Both the position numbers and the translations under genes were made by a program. This document shows positions 37,334-50,828 of a stretch of DNA of 64,000 nt, one piece after another. The DNA lies in assembly GCA_010093605.1 (NCBI GenBank), contig MU004196.1, forward strand, positions 208,606 through 272,605. Direction: 5' to 3'. Positions within the stretch are counted from its first letter, which is position 1, and each line of letters opens with the position of its first letter. The stretch is from Lophium mytilinum (taxonomy: Eukaryota). Below the pieces are notes generated by a model. It made no database searches. It saw only the letters and a list, made by a program, of their open reading frames with translations, and had not been told where the DNA came from.

Positions 37334-40300
37334 ATGGCCGACCCTTATAATCACAAAAGGGCCCCACCAGGCAACAACGGGGCTGCACAAGGCTGGACCG
37401 CACCTCAGCAAGATACAACCAATAATATACCAGATTATCCCCTTTTCCACAACAACTACGCCCAAATCGAGGCACCGCCCCCATCGCATAATCTTGGTCT
37501 TGTCCAATACGAGTCACCTGTTTTTTCCAATGCTCACTATCTATTCCCTGAGCCTGGGAATATTACCCGACCTGAGGACCACTGGCAGGTGAGCTTCGCT
37601 CCTTCTAGTTCAAAATGTAGGCGGAGGAGGGCCTTGCATGACCTAGTGTCACCCATCACCGGTCAAGCAGCTGAAAGAGTTGCTTGTGTGTGTACTGTAT
37701 TTGGCAAGGCAGTGACGATATCCTTTAGCCTCGCCCCTTAGTCTATTCGAAATTGCAGCAACTAACATTTTAGCTAGACCAGTAGCTCGAATGACACTGG
37801 ATATGGATCGCAAGCAACAAGCTCCGGCACTTTTGCTATACCAAGACATCCAAACCCATACCCGTATCAACAAGACTCGTCCTTGTCCTCGAGCAACTTT
37901 TTCATCTTCTCCATGGAGCCGCCCTCAGACATTGACGATGCCAATGTTCGAGGCCAGCCGTATGTGTTTGGAGAGGACCCGAGCCAATACTACGCTGTTC
38001 CGGACCTGGGAGCAGAACTTGACTCCGAACATGCAGGGGGCTCCCAACCAAGGAAGAGACGGCGAACCAGGAGCTCAGAAGCTCAAAACACCTCTGATCG
38101 TCTCCGCCCTCCTGCCAAAATTCCTAGACAAAACAGAAACCAGACCTCCCAATTAGGACCACAAGCGACGGGACCGACCTTTAACACTACAGGAGCCTTT
38201 TTAACTCATCTAGGCCATCCTGTTCAACAAGGTTATGGAACACAGCCCGTAGTCATCGAGCGTGGAGCTGCCCCTGGAACAACGAGGGAGTTGGGACCAC
38301 CTCTAGGCTATCGTTTACCAGCGTCGTCTGAAGCTACCCTTCGCAGTGTCCTCGAGAACCAATTTGCTGACGGCTCATTCCCATCCAGCGAAAAGATTGA
38401 AGCACTGTCAACCTTAATGGATTTGCCACCTCAAGCTATAGATTTCTGGATCAGAACGCATTTACGAGGCCGAGACGTACTGCACCGCTCTAATTCGCCT
38501 TCCGTATCCTTTCCATCAATCAGAGCCGCACGTCCGCTTCCGGCTACAATAGAAAATGCAGCTGGTCCGAATCCCAATGATCGCTTGCCCCAAAACGTTC
38601 GTCAAGCAATCGAGAAATATGTGGAGGCTTGTAGCAAGAAGCGTGCGAGAGGAGACGGCCGCCGGAAGGTCAACAATGGTCGATATGCGTGTACAGCTGA
38701 CTGTGGGTATCTCACTAAACGCCCGTTCGACTGGAGAAGACATGAGGAAACACATCAGCCACAGGAGTTTTGGTTGTGCGAGATCTGCAGAACTGCCTTT
38801 CCCCCAAAAATGGTACTCGTTAGTAGAGGCGATAAGCTGCGACCACACATCAAGAACGACCATCCTGAAGACGACGCGGACGATGTAGTAGAGCAATCGA
38901 AGCAAGACTATGTGGCTGACTTCAAACGGAGATGTGGGTTCTGCGGTGATCGCTTTGAATCTTGGGATTCTCGCAACACTCATATTCTTGCACACTTCGA
39001 TGGGAAACTTGAGGGAGGAACCCGACATATGAGTGAATGGAGAGATACTTGGTCTGAAGAAGAGAGTGAAGATGGAGATGGAGGCGAAGACCCTTCGGAT
39101 GACTCGGACGACTCAAGCAACGATTCTGACGGGCAAGACTTTCCGCATCAGGGAGACCACGCTGGTGCATCTGGAGGAAGTGGCAGTAGCCACGAATATG
39201 GCCAGCAGCAGCCTCCAGGCAATTCAGGCCAGCAAGGACAACATGGACAAGGCGCACTCCAAGGGCATCAAGAACAGACCCATGGCGCTAATTTTGACTA
39301 CGGTTGGCGTTTACATTTGTCTCCAGCTGATCGATCGCTGTCTAACCTGAAGCGCACTCCATCGGAGATAAAAGGGCCTTCTCTACAAGAAGCTGTGGTT
39401 TCCAGGATGAAGTCGGGATATGGATATTGTGGCAGTCATCGTATCATTTCCCTGTAAGTTTCTCGACCCTCATCTTCAAATGCCATACTCAATCCTCTTG
39501 CAAATATAGGCCCACCGATAAAACCCCAAATCGTCAGCTTACTGTACCTCGAAAATTATACCCTAGCCCCCAACCCGAGAAACAAGAACACTCTTTCCGG
39601 GTAACTCGAAACGTCGGAAGGATAATCGGGAAAGGAACCTACGGATCCGTTGATATTGTCGAGAACCGCGTGACAAAGCAATTGTACGCTAGAAAAAGGT
39701 GTCAGCTATCACCTGACAACCTATCCGGGTTAAAGCCATTCCAACGAGAGGTGAAGATCATGAAAATGGTGGCTCATCGTCATGTTGTGCGCTTGGTATC
39801 GGCTTATGTTCAAGACTCCTGCCTGAACATCGTTATGAGTCCACTTGCGCAAGGCACGCTGCGCCAATACCTAGATCTTCCGACCATGCCGCAGGGAAGT
39901 GCCCCTCGCATACGCTCCTGGGTTGGGTGTCTATCATCGGCACTATCTTATCTTCACGCCAACCGCATTCGGCATGCAGACATCAAACCACAGAACCTCC
40001 TAGTAAAAGAATCCGACGTCTATATTAGCGACTTTGGCATATCGAGGATCGTGTCGGAGCCGGACTCAACCTCCTCTAGTATTAGCCCCATGACTCCAAT
40101 GTATGCCGCACCTGAGATTGCTCAGCACCAGCCTCATGGGAGAAAGGCAGACGTCTTCTCGCTTGGATGTGTGGTATTCGAGATGCTGACGGTGGCCCAA
40201 GGCCATACTGTTGCGGATATTCATCGCCATCTAGGGATTTCAAATCACAAGAAACGACCGCGGTCTCGCCAAGCGTACTATCAGCAACAAAATGGACTGG

Positions 40301-42078
40301 TCTCCTGGATCGAAAACTTGTGTTCACCAACAAGCACGATGGCCCAGCGTGGCCTTTGGGATGTGTGCAAATGGATGCTGGAGAACAACGCAGAACAGCG
40401 ACCCTCTTCAAGCCTTCTAGTAAAGTATCTTCGTCAGCTTTGGCTTTCTCAGAATCTTGGGACCTGCCCAGATTGCATGAGCACCACTGTTCCATCGAAA
40501 ATGGAGCCCATGCCCCCTACCCTGACCCCAGTATCTGACAGTCAACAAGTCTGGGCTGGCCCCATCCCAGCACAAACTTCCTTTCGACGTAGTCGTCCTC
40601 TGAATCCGAACGTCAACCCTCCGGCTAGTCCGCGGTCTTTCTACTATACTCCACCAGCGACCCCGCCGCTGACGCCTTCGAAGGGAAGCTCGTCATACTC
40701 TAAATTTGAGTATAGTAAGATGACAGGAGATGCATCAATATTGCTATCAAAAGCCCACAATATCATAGAGCAGGAGAAAGAGTCTATTGATGCCGCCTCC
40801 ACAGCAGATGCACAGCCGTACGATGCGCTTAAGCTCTACATGACGGTACCTACCGCCTTCATTTCTCTCGTGCCATCGGATAGTGGACGGATACACCTCC
40901 AGGTCACCTTCATGGTTCTTCCAATCGTATTGATCTCTCAACCCCAAAATGAAGCTAGCGAAGCAAGCGCACACCATCCATCCCGCAACGAAGGCTTCTC
41001 AAATTCATATCTTCCTCCACGAAAAGAGAGCTCCAAGATCGAAGCCCGCAAAGGAGGCGTGGTTCGGTTGATGGACAGGCAGACCTGCCATGTTTGTGGA
41101 CGACTTTTTACGGCCCCGAGGTTGACGGATTGCCGAGAATGCGGCCATATACGCTGCGAAGATTGTCCACGATTACGCCATGAGATTCATGAGAAGAAAC
41201 TCCCCCTGGATCGAGATCCAGATCTGACTGAGATTGGCAGCCATCTCAGTCCACCAGCATACTCCATCACGGACTCTACTCCGCTTCTTGAGGACCAGTA
41301 TGTGTTTGATAAAATTGTAGATCAGAACCAGGCGGTAGAGTACCCCAAAGAACATTTCCTGCAGGCCTCTCCTTCCACTTTTGATCTCCTTCGACCTCCG
41401 GTTCGAGACTGTAGGGACGAATGGTGGCGTCCTAAAACGCCATCGATAGACTCTCCGGACCTGGATCCGCCACGTTTGATGTCAGAAGGGTCACTCTATT
41501 CTGCGATACAGCCAGCCCATAAGAGGATGAGACTCAACTACCATATACCTGGATCCGAAGCTAACTCAACATCACCTCTTAATTTCGACGGACGAAGACG
41601 TATCTCAGTACGGTCTCAGCAAACCGTCCATATCAGGCAAGCCGGGAGTCCAGCCGTCTTCTCTAGAATAAGGGCTTTCCGCAAAGCCGTCCCAGCAGTT
41701 GAAATTGCAGAACAGCCCTTCGAGCGTCTCCCACCTATGACCAAGTCGGCCTCCACGTCTACCAACGGCATTGATGCTGTTGCAAGGCTACCCATGCTCA
41801 AACATACTCAGTCAATATCTTACAGTCATACAGTGTCGCCGAACAGACGACGGAGGCTTTTCGGCCAGCTTTTGCCCTCGACTTCGCATGACGCGGTACA
41901 TTGTCCGCCCATCCTCCATCCTCAACTTGATGTCGGGCCCTCAATCGCGGTGTCTGGGGGTGCATTGAGCATCAAATCGACTGGAAGTAAGGAATTTGGG
42001 TCTTTCGGCCGGCGCGCGAAGAGGACGATGGTCAAGTTCTGGGCTGGGGGGAAGGGGTCGAAAGACATATATGAGTGA
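37334..42078 (+). CDS. ~1499-aa fusion: homeodomain-like, C2H2-type zinc fingers, Ser/Thr kinase, Cys-rich finger (introns 37589-37777, 39454-39509)
   Basis: Frame-consistent GT-AG splicing joins three ORFs; FPSSEKIEALSTLMDLPPQAIDFW; CTADC...WRRHEETH, CGFC...HILAHF; GKGTYG, RHADIKPQN, DFG, APE, DVFSLG; CHVC...CRECGHIRCEDC. Confidence 0.75.
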
Positions 42079-43492
42079 TGCTTTCCTGTAATCTTTGATT
42101 TTCATCTTCGCTTTTGATTTAGTTTTCTTTTGGCATCTTTTGTATAACGCCTTTTATTCAAGGAAATTTCTCAGGTCACATACTTAGGCCATCTCGTTTC
42201 GATGTTCAGTGTTTGTACTCTGCTGTACGGATAACGTCGGGGGTGGTCTGAGTAGAGGTGGCGCTAAGTCTACTGGTGGGACTAGCGTCTCAACCCTCGC
42301 ACTCTATATCGACGACGAGAACGTCTTTCAATATCAGTTCCTTAACGTGCATCATGGACGGAAGACCTTTACATTGATCTATATGTGAATTTTCCTTTGA
42401 CTGACTTATTCGCGTCACTACAGTAGAGCTAATAGCTTTTTGAGTATTTTCTCCGAACCACAATGAGTTCCCGCCAACTTCTACCATATGAAAAGAAATC
42501 AAAATGGAAATCAGATTTATCATTACAATCCGTTCACGCTCTAGACCATTATAGAGCGTACTTATTTCCTACCACTCTCAACACAGTCGAGCTAGTTATT
42601 GTCCGCAAATCCTCCTCATTTGGGTCATTTCCTTCAAATTAGCCTCTAACAGTTTGTTGAAAGAGGATGACGAAAGGCTAACGTTCCGGAAACTAGACGT
42701 TAGGCGTTTCTATTTGCCCATAAGCTTACAAGAACAATTCACGAAACATGTCACATGTTAACGAGCGATTGACGTAACAACGATACGAGCCCGAGAGCTC
42801 AACACCTCTGTGAGTGTGTTTCAAAATCCTCCACGACCACATTTGACACGATCATATCAAGATTTGATGATATAGTCGCTAGTCTATCTTGAGTGTTCAG
42901 TCGAACACTCGAAAGCCTACCACTACTCACGAACCCGTGAACGACAATTCTTGGCCTACCTAATCCGAACTGGAGATTGTGCTTACACCCGAATCCGGCG
43001 GTCCCTGTCTCGAAAGTGCTTGCTGGTACGGTCCGGTGAAACACCTGCGATCCTATTTTTCTTTTTGAGATACCAAGGTCTGAGTATCTCGTTCTACACT
43101 ACTGGCAATCCCAGGATGGATCCTCTCTACAAAATCTGCTTCCTACAAATTCTCAATCGCACTTCCAGCTAACAAACAGCATTCCCGTTCATTACAGCTC
43201 GAAGTCAATTATCAGATCACACAACCCTCCGTCAGGATATGAATCTCCCTTATGTCTATCAGTCACAATGAAGGTCTATAACATGGCCCAAAACATCAGT
43301 AAAAGTAGATCATATTGTTAAGATTGAGCGAACGCGAGACCTAAGAGACGAAGCCAAATGCGCAACAACTATAAACTAGCAAGACAGAACAACGAACAGC
43401 AAACAATCAACGCGAGTACGAGAACGAATATAACGATCCATGTTGATACAACAATTCAGGCTGCAGGTAATTCGGAGGACGGGAGAACCGAT

Positions 43493-44298
43493 CTAAGCCA
43501 CCCCAAGAGTATGCTTGACACGCCTGACCCTGTTCTCTTGGTTGGTCCGAGCGTATGTAGTGACGAAATGCTGTCGGTGTGCCTGGTTGAGCTGCGCTCT
43601 GATGGCATAGATCTGCTCAGCATAACGCAAGATTAGGAAGACAAGATCGTTGTAATCATTGATTGCTCCTCGCGCGAAGAATGCACCCAGCTTGCTGATC
43701 ATTGTGTTGAGGATGTCCAGAACAAGATATTGTTTTGGTCCCACGGAAGTGGTCACTGACACAGTCTCCGAAGCAGTCTGAGGGTTGTCGGGGGCGCCAA
43801 GAGAGCCTATGGAGGGACAGAGTTAGCGAGAGTCTTCGCATTCTTGAAGACTTGTGTTATTCACCTCGAAGGATCAAGTCCACCATCACCCAGAGTTCAG
43901 GTATGCCTGGAGTAAGTTGTCCGCCCACTTTGACAAAGACTCTCATAACACCAGACGTGGGGCCAGCCGGGCGACGGATTCTATCACTCCAATTAGAGAT
44001 TGGCCAGCTGCAAATGTGTATGTATTTCTCTCACCGGGGCTGGGCCGAGAGGACTTCGATAAGGCGTTGCATGGTGCATCCAAGGGCGATATCGACGTCT
44101 CGCGTATCACGAGTACTTCCTCGAAGTTTTAGTGCGAAACCACCCATGATGGCAAATGCAATGTTGTTCGCCTGGAACACCCGGGTCATAGTCTGCTGCC
44201 GCGATCAAGTGACCGGCTTGAGCACCATGAGCTGCTTGTACCAAAGCAGGCATGTGCTCGTAGGTATACGTCCCCGGTTGCAAATTTGGCTGAGCCAT
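43493..44298 (-). CDS. Nucleotidyltransferase-fold protein (AbiEii/DUF1814-like); 5' end ambiguous
   Basis: Spliced AIMGGFALKLRGSTRDTRDVDIA...VDLI...SKLGAFFARGAINDYNDL; ATG 44298 is out of frame with the catalytic frame that begins at ATG 44189. Confidence 0.7.
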
Positions 44299-45723
44299 CT
44301 TCGAGGTAAAGTCAACAGATAGTAAGAGTGCGTTGAGCGGTGGGAATTGCAGTATACAAGAGAATAAAGTGAGAGGTGCTGGGAATGTTGAGGTGCGCTT
44401 TGATACAGTCAGAAGAACGACATTTACTTCGATATATATGCATTTTTGCCATAGGCGAAGACCATATTTAGAACTTCAAAGCGCGCGCGAACTCAGCTCA
44501 TCGATCATTGCGGCGGAGGCTGTTTCAACTTCAAAACAGGAGATTGCATATGAGGATAGTTTTGATCAGGAAGCGCCGGCCAGGGCCAGAAAGATGGCAA
44601 AAGGGGAAAGGTCCCACCGCAGCTTTCCTCCCTTGCGAGTCTGTGTGGGGCTGGTAAGTTTCGAAAAGTTCTTGGGCTCTAGAGAGAGAGTTTATAACTT
44701 ATTCTGGCTAATCGGTATCTTTCGATAGATATGGAAGGGGTGGGTAGAGCTTGGTCGGTACTGGTGGAGTTGGCAGACCGAGTGTAAAATATACGATACA
44801 CAACGTAATTTGAAAGATCAATACCATGGTATTGCGATGTAAATATCGCTCCCCGTCATGCCCCCTGTAGACAAAACCTCTGAGACGTAGTTCAGCTCAT
44901 CAGTGTGGGTTGCGGCGAGATGTGGCGGCAACAGCGGGTGACAGTGTCAACAGTAGCACCTGTCGTCATGCTTGTTATGTAACCACGGTGCAACGTAGTC
45001 GAATCGTTTGAGACTCAATCACTCTTTCGTTGGTGATAGCTTTGGTCAGTGGGGGCGTCTGCGCGGCACAGTGGCGGCTACAAGTGCATCTGATTCGAAA
45101 TCTCTTCGAAGCGCTGGTTCCACAGCCATATTACTTGTTTGGATATAGAACTTACTTCAGTAGGCGCACATAACAGGGGGCTAGTCTGATCGGGGCACAG
45201 CAACGTCGAATCATATGCCATCCCTGGGCGAAGAGGCGATGTTGACTCCCAGCGCGGCACAGCAGCGGTTACTGACGCTGCCATGGGCTGACCCACTTCG
45301 CGAAAAATGCTTAGCTAGCGAAGCTTGTTCAAGCCTAGCAACAAATATCGAGTAGGAGATACTGAGATGCATTCTTATTTTTGGGTTAACAGGTGAATCC
45401 AGGCGCATAGCAAAACATCGAACCCTCCTCGTCTGCCTTGGGTATGTTTGAGATCAGAGACGGAACTTGAAAGAAACTATGGTCTAAAAATAAGTGGATT
45501 AGGGTCAAACCTACGCTCGTTATATGTTACAGTGGCGAAATCTTCACATAAAATCAAGGTCGAATTTGTTGAGGCGTCCTTAAGTCCGCAAAGCTCGAGT
45601 ACTGTACTCTTCATTTTCGGTACATCAATTGTTTATCGTTTGCTTGTTTTTGGCCTGTTTCATCTTGAACACCTCGTTACTTCTTACTTCAATTCTGGGT
45701 AACCGGCCGTCAACTGGTTCAAC

Positions 45724-46601
45724 ATGGTCAATATTCCCGGAATAGGGGTGACGATTCTGACGTATCTCCTGACCATCCCACTCCTTCTCTTTTACAGTAA
45801 GCTCCCTTCTCTTTATTGTGTAGCAGAAAACTGATATGGCCGGCTGTAGGTCTTCTCCTTGCTGGATGTGTCTCCACTTCCCCAGGGATTCCAAACCTCC
45901 ATCTAGTCGAGCTCCGAATAAACGAGCAGTTCCGAGTTCGTGAGGGATACTATGGTGAGCGCAGGAGTCCTCGTCGCAAGATCAATCAGCTGACGTTCTT
46001 AGGACTATGCGTGTTCGGTTCGGGGGGACCGATCTGCGTCTCGACAGGATTCTCTTCGAAAGCTGCCATCATCGATAAGCTCAGAAAGGCCTCTCAAACG
46101 CAAATATCCGAGGCAGCTGTTGATGAGTCTATAAAGCTCCAAACCGGTGCTTTCATCAATGTTCTCTCAATTGGCACCGTCTTATTCTTATTCAGCCTTC
46201 TACTCGATTTGCTCCGCATCCACAGTACCAAACGAGTTCGCAAAGGAGCTGTTACCTCATCTACGACGCGCCGCCAAAACTTCTATAGACAGGTATCCTT
46301 GACCCTTGCCTGGGGAGCGTCAGCCTTCACCCTAGCTGCGGCGGTTGCCAATACTCAAACTGGGCATGCGGCGGAGATAATTTCGAACGGCAAAATAACT
46401 TTAGGGCAGGCTTCCGTCGCACTGCACTGGGTTACTTGGGCAATATCATTGATCTTCTGCTACGGGTGGACAATGTTGCTTCGAACACGTAGCGGGGCAG
46501 CTAAAGATCCTTCGGCGTCCGGTTCCGGTTCCGGCACCGGCTCTGATGACTTCACTCCGATGGGTTCGGGCCAGGCTGCTGGAGGGGTTGTTACCCTATA
46601 A
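45724..46601 (+). CDS. Fig1/SUR7/PalI-like membrane protein (3 exons)
   Basis: N-terminal hydrophobic segment, LLAGCVS, spliced GYY/GLC motif with a second Cys, three further hydrophobic segments. Confidence 0.7.
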
Positions 46602-46966
46602 TCCGATGCTATGGGTCCCTCGAAGAGAAGACGGTAGAAGTGAAAAGGGTGGATTCGTGCACTATGTTCTGGGATGGGTGTGCTATATTTGATGCGCCCA
46701 GTATGTTTTTGCGTTGAGCTGTCATGTATTTCTTTGAACTTTCTTGTTGGGAGTAATTAGGTTCTGTATCGCTTGCCATGAATATCATCGTTTATCCGCA
46801 ATCAGTCATGTCACATGGGTTTGGAGAGGCTTATGTATAGGCCCGGGTTACAGCAAATCTGCTATGTTAGCATGGAAGAGATCGTTTGGGACTAGACGTG
46901 ATGCAGTACGCACCCCTAGAGAATCGTTATATTCTTGGTATCAACGAATAACCTACTTTGTCCAAT

Positions 46967-47885
46967 TCATGCCTCATCTCTGTCTCTCAGTCTTGGGTCA
47001 CCGTCACCTCGGACGCGGAACCGAGTAGCAAAAACCTCCTTTGGGCATTCCATACCAATGCGACTGTCTTTCCCTTGAACAACATTGTGCCAGGTGTCCT
47101 TCAGACTCATAGGAGTCGTACTAAGCTCAAGGAGGCACGAGTCTTGGGTCGCTGGAACAGAAGATCGAATCTTTTCATTCTTCTGCTCGGCCCATACTAC
47201 ATCATTCTCGCTGTCGAGCTTAAGATGCTGCAAGCCCCATTCATACGTCAAATCCATTCCATCGACGAGGTCAGTGAGCGTAACTATGTCGTTCCTATCA
47301 AGAAGACTCTGCGTAAACGTTTCGAGCGTCGGGTACGGAAGGCCCATGCGACTTCGTTCGATATTAGAGGCGCTGCAATCGAGGTGGGAATCTTCCGAGG
47401 GAGTTATGATGATATAGAGTGATTTGCCCTTGACTTTGAATCGCGGAAACGTATGAAGTAGCGACCAGGGCTGGACAGGGCCAGGCTGGTAGGTTACATA
47501 GATGTCCTCGGAGTTCAAAAGTGCGGCGGCTTCATTGACCATATCTGTAGGCACACATATTTCCCAGTCCTAGTAAAGAAAGTCAGTAATGTGTCAACAA
47601 GAAAAATAGCATACTCGGTAAGCGTATCGATTTTTGGCTTACATTCCGGACTCTCCAGGCGCCAAAGTATATGAGGGCTGAGATCCCTACCATACAGCAG
47701 GGAAGACCAGCTTTTTCAAACAACCGGGTTACTTCCAAGATCTCCAATGTCCCAGCGCCTCCGCAACTTGCCACTTCATCATCAGGGTTTGCTCCAAAGA
47801 AAACAGGATCATCGAGCTGGATGGACTGTTGTGCAACGGACGCAGCTGCATGAACTTCCTGTTCGTTTACCGTGCTATGGTCCAT
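46967..47885 (-). CDS. Uncharacterised protein, probable nucleotidyltransferase-like fold (2 exons)
   Basis: Spliced LPCCMVGISALIYFGAWRVRN/DWEICVP resembles the hG..AL...G..R...D-x-[DE] NTase motif; GLPYPTL, DLVDGMD. Confidence 0.6.
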
Positions 47886-48157
47886 GGCGTATTTAATGTG
47901 CTATCTACAGGCTGGAAGTATTCAAGACGTGAAGAGGGAAGAAGAGGGTCAAGGAAGGACTGTGCCGCAACTGGACAGGATCTACCGACCAAGTACCATC
48001 CCACCCCCAGCTACTAACCGCAGCGCTATCATCAAAGCCCAAGGGCTTACCTCGTATCTCATTCTCATCGTCATTGAAATCACCCCTTCTCATCCCGGAC
48101 ACATCGCCGTTTGGATCGTCCATTTCATCTCGCATCATCTGCACACTGGACCGCTTT

Positions 48158-49643
48158 TCATCCACCAGCCGCCTCCCGATAGAACGCCACACTCCCATCT
48201 CCCCCCGCCAACGCAAACAGCTCGCTCCGCCCAGTCTTGGGCAGCCACTTCACCGCCCACAGCGCCTGGTCGCCGTGCGAGTGCGTGGCGACGCAGGTGC
48301 GGGATTCGAGGGACCAGACTTTGGCTTTGCTGTCGTGGGAGCTGTCGCAACCCATCAGCATCAATTGAATACATAAATATCAAAGATCGTTAACCGCTCC
48401 ACAAAAGTACTTGAGGAGGATAACGTTGATGTGAACGAGGGAGGGAAAAGGGAGGAAGGACAGTCAACATACCCACTAAGCAACCACTCCCCCGTCGCGC
48501 TCCAATCTAGGTTCAGCACCCACCCGGCGTGGCCGGATAGATTGGCAACTTGCTCGCCGGAGCTCACGTCGTAGAGGGCGATGATGCGGGTGTCGCCAGC
48601 GGCGGCGAGGAGCTTGCTTGCGGGCGAGAAGGAGAGGGTGCGGATTGGTTTTGTGAGGCCTGTGGATGTTAGAATGGTTGGAGGGTGTAATTGAGAAGGA
48701 GGAGGGGTGGATTTACCGGCTAGCGAATGCAGCATACGTCCCGTGTCATTGTTGAAGACGTAGACGCTGCCGTTCTCGTGGCCGGAGGCTGTGAAATGGC
48801 CGTCTGCAGACTGTGGCGAAGTGTCGATTAGCACACTTTTCTGGGAACACGAAATTGGTGTGCAATTTGATAGGGAAGATGATGGGGATCATGGGCTTGC
48901 GACGTACTAGATCTACACACATCCCGAAGCTGCCCTTGGTCTCGTACTCGCGGATCTTAGGCATGGAAGCCTGGCCTAGATCCCACACATTGATGCGGCC
49001 GTCATAGGTGGTGCTGGCGAGGTAGGAGCCGTCGGCTGAGAGAGCAATAGCCCATATCTCACCGGCTTTGTTTGAGTCTGACTTCTGTTAGCAATCCGAA
49101 AGGGGTATGATATCGGTCCTTGAGATTGAGAGAAAACAGACGAATATGAATCGACAAGAAAATAGATAGAGATAGATTTAATGAGAGCTTGAGGATTGCA
49201 GAGAAAAGAAGCGGTGATTCAAAGCCTTTTTCGTTACCTTTTATAAGCCCAACCTCTCCCCACACCCCCGCCTCATCCTCCCTCCACACCTTGACTGTTC
49301 CCTCAAATCCTGCACTCGCCGCTACCTTCCCATCTTTACTTGTGACTAGGTGGTGCACACCCAATTTATGCGCATTTTCTATGCTCTGCGTGAGGGGGAA
49401 ATCGGGAGCTGTGGTGTCGAATATGCGGATTGTGGAGGAGCCGGAGGCGGAGAGGAGCGTCGTGGGTGTAGCTGCCAGGGCGAAGATGTCGGTTGGATGT
49501 GCTAAAAATAAATTAATCGTTGATCGTAGGGTAGAGGGACGGAAGAGGTACCCTTGTCGGCCGTGTGCAGGGTGAGGAATTGTTTCGACTACGGCGCTGT
49601 TAGAAGAGTGTGGGGTATTTCGAGAGTGTACAAAGCTTGCCAT
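48158..49643 (-). CDS. SKI8: WD40 protein Ski8/Rec14, multi-exon, first intron GC-AG
   Basis: M/SKQFLTLHTADK/AHPTDIFALA...AHKLGVHHL...ETKGSFGMCVDL...LLAAAGDTRIIALYD...FYREAAGG. Confidence 0.88.
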
Positions 49644-50020
49644 TGTCGCAGCAGAGTCAATCGAGTACTTAGATTACCGGTGTACCTCTTGCATGGTACC
49701 TCAGACTCAGGACTGCGGTTGTGGCGTTATAGATGGTGGTATGGGGGGAGCTGGTGGGGTTTGAGTACGAGGTCGAGCTTCGAGGTGCAAAGCCCTATGA
49801 CGCGTCTCATAATAATTTATAGATCACTGCAACACTCGGGACGGCACATTGAATGATGTCACATGGATCGACTGTATCGGTGAATTTCATACATAGTGGC
49901 TTCACGCGTATCCCTCCGTTTCGACTCTAATGTCACAAGTTTGTGCAATATGGTGTCAAAAAAAGTACCCAAACTCCCGCAATGCGCTTGCAATATGCTT
50001 GAACCCTCCAATCCCAGTGC

Positions 50021-50515
50021 TTATGATGGCTGACCCCCGTCCGTAGGTTTATCACTCTTCATTGCCGCAGCTGTATCCGTGTCTCCGCGCAGTTTCCTCT
50101 TGAAATATTGCTTGATCGCTGTACAACATTAGCAAGACCGCACCGTATTGCTTGCTAAATCGCAGAACGTACATTCCACGCAGTATGGACATAGATGGTT
50201 CGCCATCTTGATATTTCCACACCCCGAACACCTATTCAATGCTGTGACATCCTTCAATCCTTTGCCTGCCATGAACCGATGCCTCTTCTTCATATGTGAT
50301 GTCTTCTTCTTCGGCACAGCGCGGAGGACTGATTCCCATATATCGCCGAGTAATGATGGGATAGATGCGATCGATGACAGAGAAATCGGTATGCGGAGTG
50401 ATTCGAAGAGTGGCTGTTGTAGTCGGCGGAGAAGCGGCATAGCGATTGGGTGTATGGGGGCATTGGCGGCGGGAAAGAGGGCGTTGAGCAGCGGCGGGAG
50501 CTGGCGGAGCGCCAT
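50021..50515 (-). CDS. MRPL32: Mitochondrial ribosomal protein bL32m (2 exons)
   Basis: WESVLRAVPKKKTSHMKKRHR...CSGCGNIKMANHLCPYC with an N-terminal presequence. Confidence 0.9.
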
Positions 50516-50828
50516 TATGGGTGTCAGAGTATGGACGGCGATGGAGATGCAGCAGCGGAGTGAATTGACGGAGGTTTGATGTCTGGTGGTTGCTGTATGG
50601 AAAGAATTAAGAAACGGCGCTTTCCGTGTTGGGCCTAGAGGTGCATCGCTTCCTTCTCCCCCTTTCCGCAGGACATGGGCCACATCTGTGCTCAGAAAGA
50701 CCCTTAGACCACCACGACAACTTTCTCAACACCGCACTCCGACCCAGCAACCCGTCCCCGTATCTCGAAACTCCCCCTTCTACACCTTCTCGTCGTCTCT
50801 CGCTGCCTAGAGGCATTAGTCGCCCGCA

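Noticed and set aside
42200..43200. Possible decayed gene or transposon remnant
   Set aside because: Stop-riddled with no identifiable motifs or termini.
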